The notes below the pieces were generated by a model. It worked only from the letters and a program-made list of their open reading frames with translations. It did no database searches and was not told the origin of the DNA. Source: Macrostomum lignano (lineage: Eukaryota). From it: a DNA stretch of 64,000 bases. The position numbers were made by a program, and so were the translations under genes. Position 1 is the stretch's first letter; every line of letters starts with the position of its first letter. This document shows, one piece after another, positions 13,601-26,589 of this stretch. The stretch lies in the NCBI GenBank assembly GCA_002269645.1, contig NIVC01000261.1, positions 62,001 to 126,000 on the forward strand, in the 5' to 3' direction.

Positions 13601-16600
13601 CACCCACTGACAAAACCGGCCTTCAAATTCCCCCACTGACAAAACCGGCCTTCAAATCCACCCACTGACAAAACCGGCCTTCAAATTCCCCTACTGACAA
13701 AACCGGCCTTCAAATCCACCCACTCACAAAACCGGCCTTCAAATTCCCCCACTGACAAAACCGGCCTTCAAATTCCCCCACTGACAAAACCGGCCTTCAA
13801 ATCCACCCACTGACAAAACCGGCCTTCAAATCCACCCACTGACAAAACCGGCCTTCAAATTCACCCACTGACAAAACCGGCCTTCAAATTCCCCCACTGA
13901 CAAAACCGGCCTTCAAATTCCCCCACTGACAAAACCGGCCTTCAAATCCACCCACTCACAAAACCGGCCTTCAAATCCACCCACTGACAAAACCGGCCTT
14001 CAAATTCCCCCACTGACAAAACCGGCCTTCAAATCCACCCACTGACAAAACCGGCCTTCAAATTCACCCACTGACAAAACCGGCCTTCAAATCCACCCAC
14101 TGACAAAACCGGCCTTCAAATTCCCCCACTGACAAAACCGGCCTTCAAATTCAACCACTGACAAAACCGGCCTTCAAATTCACCCACTGACAAAACCGGC
14201 CTTCAAATCCACCCACTGACAAAACCGGCCTTCAAATTCACCCACTCACAAAACCGGCCTTCAAATCAACCCACTGACAAAACCGGCCTTCAAATTCACC
14301 CACTCACAAAACCGGCCTTCAAATTCCCCCACTGACAAAACCGGCCTTCAAATCCACCCACTGACAAAACCGGCCTTCAAATTCCCCCACTGACAAAACC
14401 GGCCTTCAAATCCACCCACTGACAAAACCGGCCTTCAAATTCACCCACTCACAAAACCGGCCTTCAAATTCCCCCACTGACAAAACCGGCCTTCAAATTC
14501 ACCCACTGACAAAACCGGCCTTCAAATTCACCCACTGACAAAACCGGCCTTCAAATTCACCCACTGACAAAACCGGCCTTCAAATTCACCCACTGACAAA
14601 ACCGGCCTTCAAATTCACCCACTGACAAAACCGGCCTTCAAATTCACCCACTGACAAAACCGGCCTTCAAATTCCCCCACTGACAAAACCGGCCTTCAAA
14701 TCCACCCACTGACAAAACCGGCCTTCAAATCCACCCACTCACAAAACCGGCCTTCAAATTCCCCCACTGACAAAACCGGCCTTCAAATTCACCCACTCAC
14801 AAAACCGGCCTTCAAATCCACCCACTGACAAAACCGGCCTTCAAATCCACCCACTGACAAAATCGGCCTTCAAATTCACCCACTCACAAAACCGGCCTTC
14901 AAATCCACCCACTGACAAAACCGGCCTTCAAATCCACCCACTGACAAAACCGGCCTTCAAATTCACCCACTGACAAAACCGGCCTTCAAATCCACCCACT
15001 CACAAAACCGGCCTTCAAATTCCCCCACTGACAAAACCGGCCTTCAAATCCACCCACTGACAAAACCGGCCTTCAAATTCAACCACTGACAAAACCGGCC
15101 TTCAAATTCACCCACTGACAAAACCGGCCTTCAAATTCCCCCACTGACAAAACCGGCCTTCAAATTCAACCACTGACAAAACCGGCCTTCAAATTCACCC
15201 ACTGACAAAACCGGCCTTCAAATCCACCCACTGACAAAACCGGCCTTCAAATCCACCCACTCACAAAACCGGCCTTCAAATCAACCCACTGACAAAATGG
15301 CCTTCAAATTCACCCACTCACAAAACCGGCCTTCAAATTCCCCCACTGACAAAACCGGCCTTCAAATCCACCCACTGACAAAACCGGCCTTCAAATTCCC
15401 CCACTGACAAAACCGGCCTTCAAATTCACCCACTGACAAAACCGGCCTTCAAATTCACCCACTGACAAAACCGGCCTTCAAATTCCCCCACTGACAAAAC
15501 CGGCCTTCAAATCCACCCACTGACAAAACCGGCCTTCAAATTCACCCACTGACAAAACCGGCCTTCAAATTCCCCCACTGACAAAACCGGCCTTCAAATC
15601 CACCCACTGACAAAACCGGCCTTCAAATTCCCCCACTGACAAAACCGGCCTTCAAATCCACCCACTGACAAAACCGGCCTTCAAATTCCCCCACTGACAA
15701 AACCGGCCTTCAAATCCACCCACTCACAAAACCGGCCTTCAAATTCCCCCACTGACAAAACCGGCCTTCAAATTCACCCACTCACAAAACCGGCCTTCAA
15801 ATCCACCCACTGACAAAACCGGCCTTCAAATCCACCCACTGACAAAATCGGCCTTCAAATTCACCCACTCACAAAACCGGCCTTCAAATCCACCCACTGA
15901 CAAAACCGGCCTTCAAATCCACCCACTGACAAAACCGGCCTTCAAATTCACCCACTGACAAAACCGGCCTTCAAATTCACCCACTGACAAAACCGGCCTT
16001 CAAATTCCCCCACTGACAAAATCGGCCTTCAAATTCACCCACTCACAAAACCGGCCTTCAAATCCACCCACTGACAAAACCGGCCTTCAAATCCTCCACT
16101 CACAAAACCGGCCTTCAAATCCACCCACTGACAAAACCGGCCTTCAAATCCACCCACTGACAAAACCAGCCTTCAAATCCCACATTGACAAGACCGGCCT
16201 TCAAATTCACCCACTGACAAAACCGGCCTTCAAATTCCCCCACTGACAAAACCGGCCTTCAAATCCACCCACTGACAAAACCGGCCTTCAAATTCACCCA
16301 CTGACAAAACCGGCCTTCAAATTCACCCACTGACAAAACCGGCCTTCAAATCCACCCACTGACAAAACCGGCCTTCAAATTCAACCACTGACAAAACCGG
16401 CCTTCAAATTCACCCACTGACAAAACCGGCCTTCAAATCCACCCACTGACAAAACCGGCCTTCAAATTCACCCACTCACAAAACCGGCCTTCAAATCAAC
16501 CCACTGACAAAACCGGCCTTCAAATTCACCCACTCACAAAACCGGCCTTCAAATTCCCCCACTGACAAAACCGGCCTTCAAATCCACCCACTGACAAAAC

Positions 16601-19600
16601 CGGCCTTCAAATTCCCCCACTGACAAAACCGGCCTTCAAATCCACCCACTGACAAAACCGGCCTTCAAATTCACCCACTCACAAAACCGGCCTTCAAATT
16701 CCCCCACTGACAAAACCGGCCTTCAAATTCACCCACTGACAAAACCGGCCTTCAAATTCACCCACTGACAAAACCGGCCTTCAAATTCACCCACTGACAA
16801 AACCGGCCTTCAAATTCACCCACTGACAAAACCGGCCTTCAAATTCACCCACTGACAAAACCGGCCTTCAAATTCACCCACTGACAAAACCGGCCTTCAA
16901 ATTCACCCACTGACAAAACCGGCCTTCAAATTCCCCCACTGACAAAACCGGCCTTCAAATCCACCCACTGACAAAACCGGCCTTCAAATTCCCCCACTGA
17001 CAAAACCGGCCTTCAAATCCACCCACTGACAAAACCGGCCTTCAAATTCACCCACTGACAAAACCGGCCTTCAAATTCCCCCACTGACAAAATCGGCCTT
17101 CAAATTCACCCACTCACAAAACCGGCCTTCAAATCCACCCACTGACAAAACCGGCCTTCAAATCCTCCACTCACAAAACCGGCCTTCAAATTCCCCCACT
17201 GACAAAACCGGCCTTCAAATCCACCCACTGACAAAACCAGCCTTCAAATCCCACATTGACAAGACCGGCCTTCAAATTCACCCACTGACAAAACCGGCCT
17301 TCAAATTCACCCACTGACAAAACCGGCCTTCAAATTCACCCACTGACAAAACCGGCCTTCAAATCCACCCACTGACAAAACCGGCCTTCAAATTCACCCA
17401 CTGACAAAACCGGCCTTCAAATCCACCCACTGACAAAACCGGCCTTCAAATTCACCCACTGACAAAACCAGCCTTCAAATCCCACATTGACAAGACCGGC
17501 CTTCAAATTCACCCACTCACAAAACCGGCCTTCAAATTCACCCACTGACAACCGGCCTTCAAATTCCCCCACTCACAAAACCGGCCTTCAAATTCCCCCA
17601 CTCACAAAACCGGCCTTCAAATCCTCCACTCCCAGGTCCGCCAGTACAACCTGACGCAGCGCAAGAGCAACAGCTCCCCAGCTCTGGACTTCAGCGGCCC
17701 CAGCAGCGCCGGAGGCGGCAGCAACAGCGGCAGCTCAGCCGCTTTAAACGAAGCGGAAAAATTTGAAGATGAAGAACGCTGGCTCTCCGAGGTGCTCGAT
17801 CGGGGCGACCTCAGCCTGCTGAAGAACATGGAAGACCTGATGATGCGAGGCTCATCAGCTGGAGCCGGACGATCAGCTGTGATGGGCGTGGCTGATCACC
17901 TGACCGCCAGCGATCCCAACCTGGACTCGGATGCCGCCGCTACATCTGCTGGTTCCGCTGCCGCTGGCTCAGCATCCGCCTCAGCTCCATCCTCTGCGGC
18001 TTCGACAACATCAAGAGGCGGAGCAGCCGCGGCAGCAGCTGCAAACGCTTCATCTCCTGGCGATTTCTCGGACTTCTTCAACAACTTTGCCGCTGCAGTC
18101 CGAAGCTCGATGCGCCGGCACAATCAGCAGCATTTTCAGCACCAGATGCAGCAGTCAGCTGCCCAGTATCACCACCTGATGCATGGCAGCGGAGCTCGCG
18201 GCTCCAACAGCTCGTCATCCGCTTCAGCAGCTGCCGCAGCCGCCAGTGCCGCGGCGGGGTCTCGAACTCCGGACCTCCGCCGTCAGTACGCCCGGCTGTG
18301 GAGCCACGCCCGTCACCGAGGCGGAGGCGGCGGCGGCGGCGGTGGAGGCGGCGGAGGAGGCGGCGGTCACGCCGGAGCTTCCGTCGGCGGAGGCGGCAGC
18401 TCGGAGCCGCCGCCGGACTCAACGCAGAGCTTCCCGAATCTGCCGACAGCATCGGAGACATCGCCGAAGCAGCGGTCTGACTCGCAGCAGCAGCAGCAGC
18501 AGAGCCAGGCGCCGAATCCGCTGCCACAAGTCGGTCGCCGGCAGCGTCGGAAAAGCGGCAGCGGCAGCGGCGGCTCCTCCAGCGCCGCGGCTGCGGTCTC
18601 CGGCACGGCCACCACCGTGGTGCTGTCGGACAGCGACTCCGACATGATGCAGCTCTGCTCAGCTCACCATCCCGATGACGAGTTTCTTGACTATCACGAG
18701 GATGACGCTACGGCCACCGCTGCCGCAGCTTCAGCTGGCATGGATGTCGATGTAGACTTCCCGCCGCCGGAAGTTGTCGCAGCCATTGTCGGCGGCGGCG
18801 GCGGCGGAGGTCGGCAGCCGTGGGACGACGAGCTGATTGTGAAGCGTCAGTGCCCGGCCCTGCTGCCAGCCTTTGACCCGGTGCCAGGCAGGACCAACGT
18901 GAACCAGACTCAGGACTTCCACATTGGAGATCCCAGCCCAGCCAGTATGGACAAGCTGATGTCGCTAATGCTGCCGCAGTCAGCCGCTGAGTCAGACAAT
19001 GCCCCTAGCAACAGTACAAAACTGGTGCTGAGTGTGAAATCTGTTCAGCACACGGATCTCGAGCTGACTATGCAGGACCGGTCAGCTTCCGTGTTTAAGT
19101 ATATCGTTCAGGCCATGCTGGAGGCGTCTCTGCGTTCCAGCGCCACTGCCGGGTCGGCGGCTTCTCGCGGCAGCGGCGCTGCCATCTCCGACCAGCTCAG
19201 GCGAGTCTGGGACACTTCGTTCACGCTGGCCTATCGAGAGGCTGATGCTGCTGAGGGATCGTTGAGTGACAGTCGGAGCCCTGTTGCTGCTGCTGCTGCT
19301 GTCAAAGGCGCTGATCGGGATTCCACTGGCAGCGAGGCCCGACTGTTGAGTCGGTCGGCTCCGTCTGATGTCGGCCGATCGCCTGAGGAAATGACCCCGG
19401 CTCAGGTAAGCTTTGTTATTGGTGTGTATCTGTATGAGAGGAGATAGATAGGTGAGACTGCAGGTGAGATTAAAGGAGTGAGACTAGATTAGAGGGGTTT
19501 GAGATTGGTAGGGTGGGACTAGATTAGAGGGGTGTGAGATTGGTAGGGTGAAACTAGATTAGAGGGGTGTGAGATTTGAAGGGTTGGGACTAGATTAGAG

Positions 19601-22600
19601 GGGTGTGAGATTGGTAGGGTGGGACTAGATTAGAGGGGTGTGAGATTAGTAGGGTGGGACTAGATTAGAGGGGTGTGAGATTGGTAGGGTGGGACTAGAT
19701 TAGAGGGGTGTGAGATTAGTAGGGTGGGACTAGATTAGAGGGGTGTGAGATTGGTAGGGTGCGACTAGATTAGAGGGGTGTGAGATTGGTAGGGTGGGAC
19801 TAGATTAGAGGGGTGTGAGATTTGTAGGGTTGGGACTAGATTAGAGGGGTGTGAGATTGGTAGGGTGCGACTAGATTGGAGGGTGTGAGATTGAAGGGGT
19901 GAGACTGAATTAGATAGGTAGGCGTGAGATTAGTTGGGTTAAAACTAATTAGAGGGGGTGAGATTAGATAAAAAGGCCTCTGAGACTAGATTAGAGGGGT
20001 TTGGGGGATAGTTAGGGTGCGACTGGATTGAATGGGTGGACGTAAAATTTATGAGTGAGAGATTAGATTAAATGCGTTGTCGTGAGATTGGTGGGGTGAG
20101 ATTTAATTAGAGGGGTGTTTCGATAAATAGGGTGAAACTTTCTCAGGGGCTCAATAATTATTCGGTATATTCGCTTCGTAGAGTCTTTGTTTACCGATAT
20201 GTATCGAAATTACAGAGAAAAGCCAATGCATTACATAAACTTCAATACATATCGTTAGCCAATTGTAGAGAAAAGCCAATGCATTACATAAACTTCGATA
20301 CATATCGTTAGCCAATTGCAGAGAAAAGCCAATGCAATACATAAACTTCAATACATATCGTTAGCCAATTGCAGAGAAAAGTCAATGCAATACATAAACT
20401 TCAATACATATCGTTAGCCAATTGTAGAGAAAAGCCAATGCATTACATAAACTTCGATACATATCGTTAGCCAATTGCAGAGAAAAGCCAATGCAATACA
20501 TAAACTTCAATACATATCGTTAGCCAATTGCAGAGAAAAGTCAATGCATTACATAAACTTCGATACATATCGTTAGCCAATTGAACTCCCCACAATTGCA
20601 GGTAGAGCAGAGCCTACACCGGGGCAGCCTGCACAAATCGCAGGTGCTGGACTACATTGCCGCCTCTGCTAGCGAAGACTTCATGCGCGAATGGCGCCTG
20701 CGCGGCTCCAGGCGCAATGTGATGCGCAAGAACAACTGCCGCAAGCTCCTCTCCGCCTATCGCCAGCTGCTGAAGGACCAGACGGCTTCGGCCGCGTCGC
20801 CTGCCGAGCGTCAGCGGCGTCGACGAAGGACGGCATCGCTGCGACTGGCCAGCGAGTCGGAGCCGCTGACTGCGGACACCGCCGGTGTGGAAGACGCTCT
20901 GAACCTGCTGCACATTTTCTACACTGCCAACGCTGTACCTGCTGAGCTGTTCCACTCCAAGAAGCTCACTCAGAAGCTCACTCGGCAGGCTCAGGAGCCG
21001 CTGATGCTGGCCAGCTTAGCCCTGCCGGATTGGTGCGAGTCTGTGGCCAACTACTGCCCTATATTGTTCCCATTTAGCCTGCGGCTGCAGCTGTTCCACT
21101 GCGTAGCTTTCGGGCCAACCAGGGCGCTCATGTGGATTCAGGCGCAGAAGCGGCGCGCTCAGGAGCTGCAGCAGGGCCAGACTAAACGGCCTGTTAGGGA
21201 GGATCAGCTGCCGTTGGGCGAGGTGAGTCACGATATGTATCGAAAATCGCTTATTAGATGCATTCGTTTAAATTTTGATGTAGCCGATATGTATCGAAAA
21301 TCGCTTGTTAGATGCATTCGTTTAAATTTTGATGTAGCCGATATGTATCGAAAATCGCTTGTTAGATGCATTCGTTTAAATTTTGATGTAGCCGATATGT
21401 ATCGAAAATCGCTTGTTAGATGCATTCGTTTAAATTTTGATGTAGCCGATATGTATCGAAAATCGCTTGTTAGATGCATTCGTTTAAATTTTGATGTAGC
21501 CGATATGTATCGAAAATCGCTTGTTAGATGCATTCGTTTAAATTTTGATGTAGCCGATATGTATCGAAAATCGCTTATTAGATGCATTCGTTTAAATTTT
21601 GATGTAGCCGATATGTATCGAAAATCGCTTGTTAGATGCATTCGTTTAAATTTTGATGTAGCCGATATGTATCGAAAATCGCTTGTTAGATGCATTCGTT
21701 TAAATTTTGATGTAGCCGATATGTATCGAAAATCGCTTGTTAGATGCATTCGTTTAAATTTTGATGTAGCCGATATGTATCGAAAATCGCTTGTTAGATG
21801 CATTCGTTTAAATTTTGATGTAGCCGATATGTATCGAAAAATAACTATTTTGCACAATGTTGGCAATATGTTTCGAAATAAAAGCACCATTTACTCAATG
21901 TAGCCGATTTGTTTCGAAAAAGCAGTATCTACTTAATGTAGCCGATATGTTTCGAAATCAAACACTATTTACTCAATGTAGCCGATATGTATCGAAATAA
22001 AACACTATTTACTCAATGTAGCCGATTTGTTTCGAAAAAGCAGTATCTACTTAATGTAGCCGATATGTTTCGAAATCAAACACTATTTACTCAATGTAGC
22101 CGATATGTATCGAAATAAAACACTATTTACTTAATGTAGCCGATATGTATCGAAAACAATATTTACTCATTGTAGCCGATATGTTTCGAAATAAAACACC
22201 ATTTACTCAATGCAGCCGATATGTTTAGAAATAAAACACTATTTACTCAATGCAGCTGATATGTATCGAAATAAAACACTATTTACTCATTGTCGCCGAT
22301 ATGTATCGAAAAGAGCAAAAATCTCACTATAAACCTACCGCTCCAAATCCAAGGTGGATCTGGGCCGACTGAAGCGCGAGCGAGTTCGAATCCCCCGCCT
22401 GTCTGGCGATCCCCTCCTGGCCTGGGCTGCTCAGCTGCTCGACACTCACGCCGCTCGCAAAGCCGAACTCGAAGTGCAATTCGATGGCGAGCAGGGCACC
22501 GGGCTGGGCCCGACTCTCGAATTCTTCAGCCTGCTGGCAGCTGAGTTCACCCGGCGCGATCTGGGCATGTGGATCTGCGAAGATCCCAACGCTGATGAGG

Positions 22601-24540
22601 CTGAGGATGCTGTGGCCGAGGATGGCAAACCGGTTGGCTACTATGTGACCCGGCCTTCCGGTCTGTTTCCGGCTCCATATCGCACCTGCCCGCCCAGGGT
22701 GGCGGCCCTGTTCCGGCTGCTGGGCATGTCGCTGGCCAAATGCCTGCAGGACGGTCGCCTGATGGACGTGAGCTTGAGCACACCGCTGCTCAGACTGCTC
22801 TGCCAGGCTCAGGAGCCGGGGGAGAGGGACTCCAGTGCCGCTTGGTGGTCTGGCATCCTGGGCTCGCAGGATTTCGCCTGTCTGTATCCGGAGCGAGCTA
22901 GCCTCATCAACCGGCTGGAGTCTGAGCCGGATCGGGCTGCGGTGGCCGCTGAGCTGGAGGACCTGTGTCTGGACTGCGTCTGGCTGCCCACTTCTCGGGT
23001 GTACGGAGAGACTGTGACACCTCTGCGGCGTCTGCAGGAGGCTGAGGGTGCGCGCTGGGGCATATTGTATCCGCCCCCTACCTGTGATATCCGCCCCCTA
23101 CCTGTCTGGCATATCCGCCCCCTAACTGTGATATCCGCCCCCTACCTGTGATATCCGCCCCCTACCTGTCTGGCATATCCGCCCCCTACCTGTGTGGCAT
23201 ATCCGCCCCCTACCTGTCTGGCATATCCGCCCCCTACCTGTGATATCCGCCCCCTACCTGTCTGACGTATCCACTCCCTACCTGTAATAGCCGCCCCTAC
23301 CTGTCTGGCATATCCGCCCCCTACCTGTACTATCCGCCCCTACCTGTAATATCCGCCCCCTACCTGTGTGGAATATCCGCCCTCTACCTGTGATATCCGC
23401 CCCCTACCTGTCTGGCATATCTGTCCCCAACCTGTCTGGCATATCCGCTTCCTAGCTGTCTAGCATATCCGCCCCCTACCTGTGATATCCGCCCCCTACC
23501 TATGATATCCGCCCCCTACCTGTGTGGCATATCCGCCCCCTACCTGTGTGGCATATCCGCCCCTACCTGTCTGGCATATCCGCCCCCTACCTGTCTGGCA
23601 TATCCGCCCCTACCTGTAATATCCGCCCCCTACCTGTGTGGAATATCCGCCCTCTACCTGTGATATCCGCCCCCTACCTGTCTGGCATATCCGCTCCCTA
23701 CCTGTCTGGCATATCCGCTCCCTACCTGTCTGGCATATCCGCTCCCTACCTGTCTGGCATATCCGCTTCCTAGCTGTCTGGCATATCCGCCCCCTCAAAC
23801 TCCCCATCATCCGCCCCCCTCAACCTCCCCATCATCCGCCGCCTCAACCTCCTCATCATCCGCCCCCTCAAACTCCCCATCATCCGCCCCCTCAACCTCC
23901 CCATCATCCGCCCCCTCAACCTCCCCATTATCCGCCCCCTGTTAAAATTTCAGCCCCAGCGGAATCCGCCGAGTCCGCCCCCCTGGCAACCCTGTTCGAG
24001 GCCAGCCCGGAGCCGGTGACCCTGTCCAACCTTGCTGAGTTCGCTGCCCTCACGCGCCAGTACGTGCTGGATACCGGTCTGCGCGCTCAGCTGGAAGCGC
24101 TCAAAAACGGATTCGACTCCGTGTTCCCCATGCACCGCCTGAGGCTGTTCACCCCGGAGGAGCTCCGCTCTCTGCTCTGCGGCGAGCAGGCGCCCGAATG
24201 GACCAGAGAGGACATTCTGGAGCACACGGAGCCCAAGAACGGTTACCATAGAGACCATCCAACTGTGCTCATGCTGGCCGATGTTCTCACCGAGTTTAAC
24301 CCAGCCGAGAGGAAGCAGTTCCTGCAGTTCGCCACCGGCTGCTCAAGTCTGCCACCGGGCGGACTCAGAAATCTGCATCCCAGACTCACCATTGTCCGCA
24401 AGCACGACTCTAGCGATGGCTCCTATCCGTCTGTGAACACCTGTCTGCATTATCTGAAACTGCCTGAGTACTCATGCTCAGCTGTCATGCGAGATCGGAT
24501 CCTTGTGGCCACTCTGGAGAAGGGATTTCATCTCAATTGA
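4990..24540 (+). CDS. HECTD1: E3 ubiquitin-protein ligase HECTD1, 8 exons: 4990-7054, 7641-8106, 9048-10491, 11446-11823, 17636-19405, 20602-21222, 22354-23047, 23954-24540 (8025 nt, ~2674 aa)
   Basis: N-terminus [34 protein letters not shown]; ankyrin repeats; SUN-like domain; MIB/HERC2 ([11 protein letters not shown]); HECT domain ending [24 protein letters not shown]. All GT-AG junctions are phase-compatible and the total length is divisible by 3. Confidence 0.93.
7170..7590. repeat. 42-bp minisatellite in HECTD1 intron 1
   Basis: Unit CCCAATGTACACCGCCAACTCACCCCTCCCGATTCTTTCTGC. Confidence 0.9.
8120..8848. repeat. (TCTG)n imperfect microsatellite in HECTD1 intron 2
   Basis: Direct reading. 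Confidence 0.97.
10590..11170. repeat. (CAGA)n-rich compound microsatellite in HECTD1 intron 3
   Basis: Direct reading; reverse complement of the intron-2 repeat. Confidence 0.9.
11900..12840. repeat. 21-bp minisatellite (CCCCTAACCTACCTTTAAAAT) in HECTD1 intron 4
   Basis: Tandem copies grading into the 29-bp array. Confidence 0.93.
12840..17630. repeat. 29-bp satellite (ACAAAACCGGCCTTCAAATCCACCCACTG and variants), ~165 copies, HECTD1 intron 4
   Basis: Continuous 4.8-kb array ending at the 17635 acceptor. Confidence 0.97.
19480..19900. repeat. 35-bp minisatellite (GGGACTAGATTAGAGGGGTGTGAGATTGGTAGGGT), HECTD1 intron 5
   Basis: Tandem copies. Confidence 0.9.
20200..20580. repeat. 53-bp minisatellite at the 3' end of HECTD1 intron 5
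   Basis: Unit GCAGAGAAAAGCCAATGCAATACATAAACTTC(A/G)ATACATATCGTTAGCCAATT, ~7 copies. Confidence 0.9.
21231..22310. repeat. 54-bp minisatellite (~11 copies, 21231-21840) followed by a related ~40-bp array, HECTD1 intron 6
   Basis: Unit GATATGTATCGAAAATCGCTTGTTAGATGCATTCGTTTAAATTTTGATGTAGCC; the second array shares GCCGATATGTATCGAAA. Confidence 0.93.
23065..23940. repeat. C-rich 19-24-bp minisatellites (TATCCGCCCCCTACCTGT..; CATCCGCCCCCTCAACCTCCC..), HECTD1 intron 7
   Basis: Tandem copies fill the intron. Confidence 0.9.
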
Positions 24541-24759
24541 GTCGGTTGAGGATGACGGCTGGGACTTTGTTGCTGTTTATTGAATCGGTGTTGCCCTTCC
24601 CTGTCATTGTTGCTTCTGTGTTGGATCTGTCTGTCTTTTGGCTTTTGAAACTGTTTAATGTGCTGCTGGATCATTAGGTAATTAAGGGGCTGGAATCAGG
24701 TGGTAGGTCATTGGGTCTTGATTGGGTATAAAATCGTTAGGACACTAATTTGAGGTCAT

Positions 24760-24960
24760 TTAAGGTCAAGCTTCAGATAATAATAACAGGTCATTTAAGG
24801 TCGTTGTTCAGATAATAATAACGGGTCATTTAAGGTCTTGTTCAGATCCTAATAACAGGTCATTTAAGGTCATTGTTCAGATTCTAATAACAAGGTCATT
24901 TAAGGTCATTGTTCAGATAATAATAACAGGTCATTCAAGGTCATTGTCATTGTTAGTTAG
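24760..24960. repeat. ~35-bp minisatellite (GGTCATTTAAGGTCATTGTTCAGATAATAATAACA)
   Basis: About 5 degenerate copies. Confidence 0.75.
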
Positions 24961-25709
24961 GATACTAAAAACAGATCATTTATGGTCATAATTAAAAAAA
25001 TTATAAACACTAGTGTTTCATCGAAGAACAGATGACCTTCAAATGTTCTTTATCGTGTGGCAAACTGTTTACATCATCAAATAAACTAAAAAGATATAAT
25101 TCTAAGTTAATCAGTAGCAGAGAGCATTGAAATCATAAACTATATTTGCTATATAGTGTACAAGTGCTTGCAACATCCCCTATACATACTAATTTTTTAT
25201 TAATGAGAGTACTAACCAGTTAATCCAGGCCCCTCCCCAGCTAATTTTCTGTGAAATTGATAAATTTATCAATTGCTTTTTGCATTGCAACTCAATATAT
25301 TATTCGCTTTGTGGCTCCATTAATCTGACCTTAAACTTCAATTTCCTATCCAGAATTGCCCAAGTGGAAGTTTTAGTGTAGCATATATATTAACTATACT
25401 AACATATATTATTAACATCTTGATCAGTTTCGAGTTATTCACAAGCGGTTGAATGCTCAGTTCGAACAGAGAAAACTGCAAAACTAATTTATTTTCTGTG
25501 ATCACCGTGCCATCAATTCCAGATCATTTAATTGGGTCTGTCTGTTCTTTTTGCTTTTTAAAATTCACCTTTAGATGCTTTATTAACTTCGTCTGTCTGC
25601 TATTCAACCTCGCTTTGTCCGGGGGTCGGCTGACCCCAGCCCGCCAAGCCGGGTCTTCTGGGACATTTCACAATTGCAATCCCGCCCGCTCAAGGCTTGT
25701 GGCTCTTCT

Positions 25710-26200
25710 GAGCTCTCTCTCTCCCCTCTTCTCTCCCCTCTTCTATCTCTCTCTACCTCTTCTCTCTTCTCTCTCCCCTCTTCTCTCCCCTCTTCTCCCT
25801 TTCTCTTCTCTCCCCTCTTCTCTCCCCTCTTCTATCTCTCTCTACCTCTTCTCTCTTCTCTCTCCCCTCTTCTCTCCCCTCTTCTCTCCCCTCTTCTCCC
25901 TTTCTCTTCTCTCCCCTCTTCTCTCCCCTCTTCTATCTCTCTCTACCTCTTCTCTCTTCTCTCTCCCCTCTTCTCTCCCCTCTTCTCCCTTTCTCTTCTC
26001 TCCCCTCTTCTCTGCCCTCTTCTCTCCCCTCTTCTCTCCCCTTCCCTCTTCTCTCCCCTCCCCTCTTCTCTCCCCTCCCCTCTTCTCTCCCCTCCCCTCC
26101 CCTCTTCTCTCCCCTCCCCTCTCAAGGTCTGTCTCCTCTCATCTCTCTCTTCCCTCCTCTTCTCTACTCTTATCTCTATCCCCCTTCCTCTCCCATCTGG
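25710..26200. repeat. CT-rich low-complexity/tandem repeat
   Basis: TCTCCCCTCTTC-type units. Confidence 0.85.
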
Positions 26201-26589
26201 CCCGCAGCCATGAGCTGCATGACTCATCTGGCCCTTTAATGTAAGAAAGTCTGCCGACCCCTGGTTCATTCTGTCCTCTCGATTATTCGATCCCTTGGAA
26301 TCAAAGTGATTTTTGTTCTTTTAAACGGTTATCCTCTCGCACCGCTACGCACCTCACCTCACTGTTGAGTTCCTGTGCAGTGTGTCTCGCTTCTGTACAA
26401 TATTATAATTATAGTATAATCATAATTACTATTGTTGATCCCAGTTCTAAAAATACATAAACCTTTAGCTGTTCATTGCACGTCTCTTTTTGGCAATTTT
26501 GAGAAAAAAGAATTGCTACAAATGCACATTCAACTGGTAGTGTTGACTTTCGGCTTTCTGATTGATCTGTGCTTTTAATCAATTGTTTG

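Noticed and set aside
12840-17630. CRISPR-like look of 29-54-bp arrays
   Set aside because: Head-to-tail repeats with no unique spacers, in eukaryotic introns, with no cas genes
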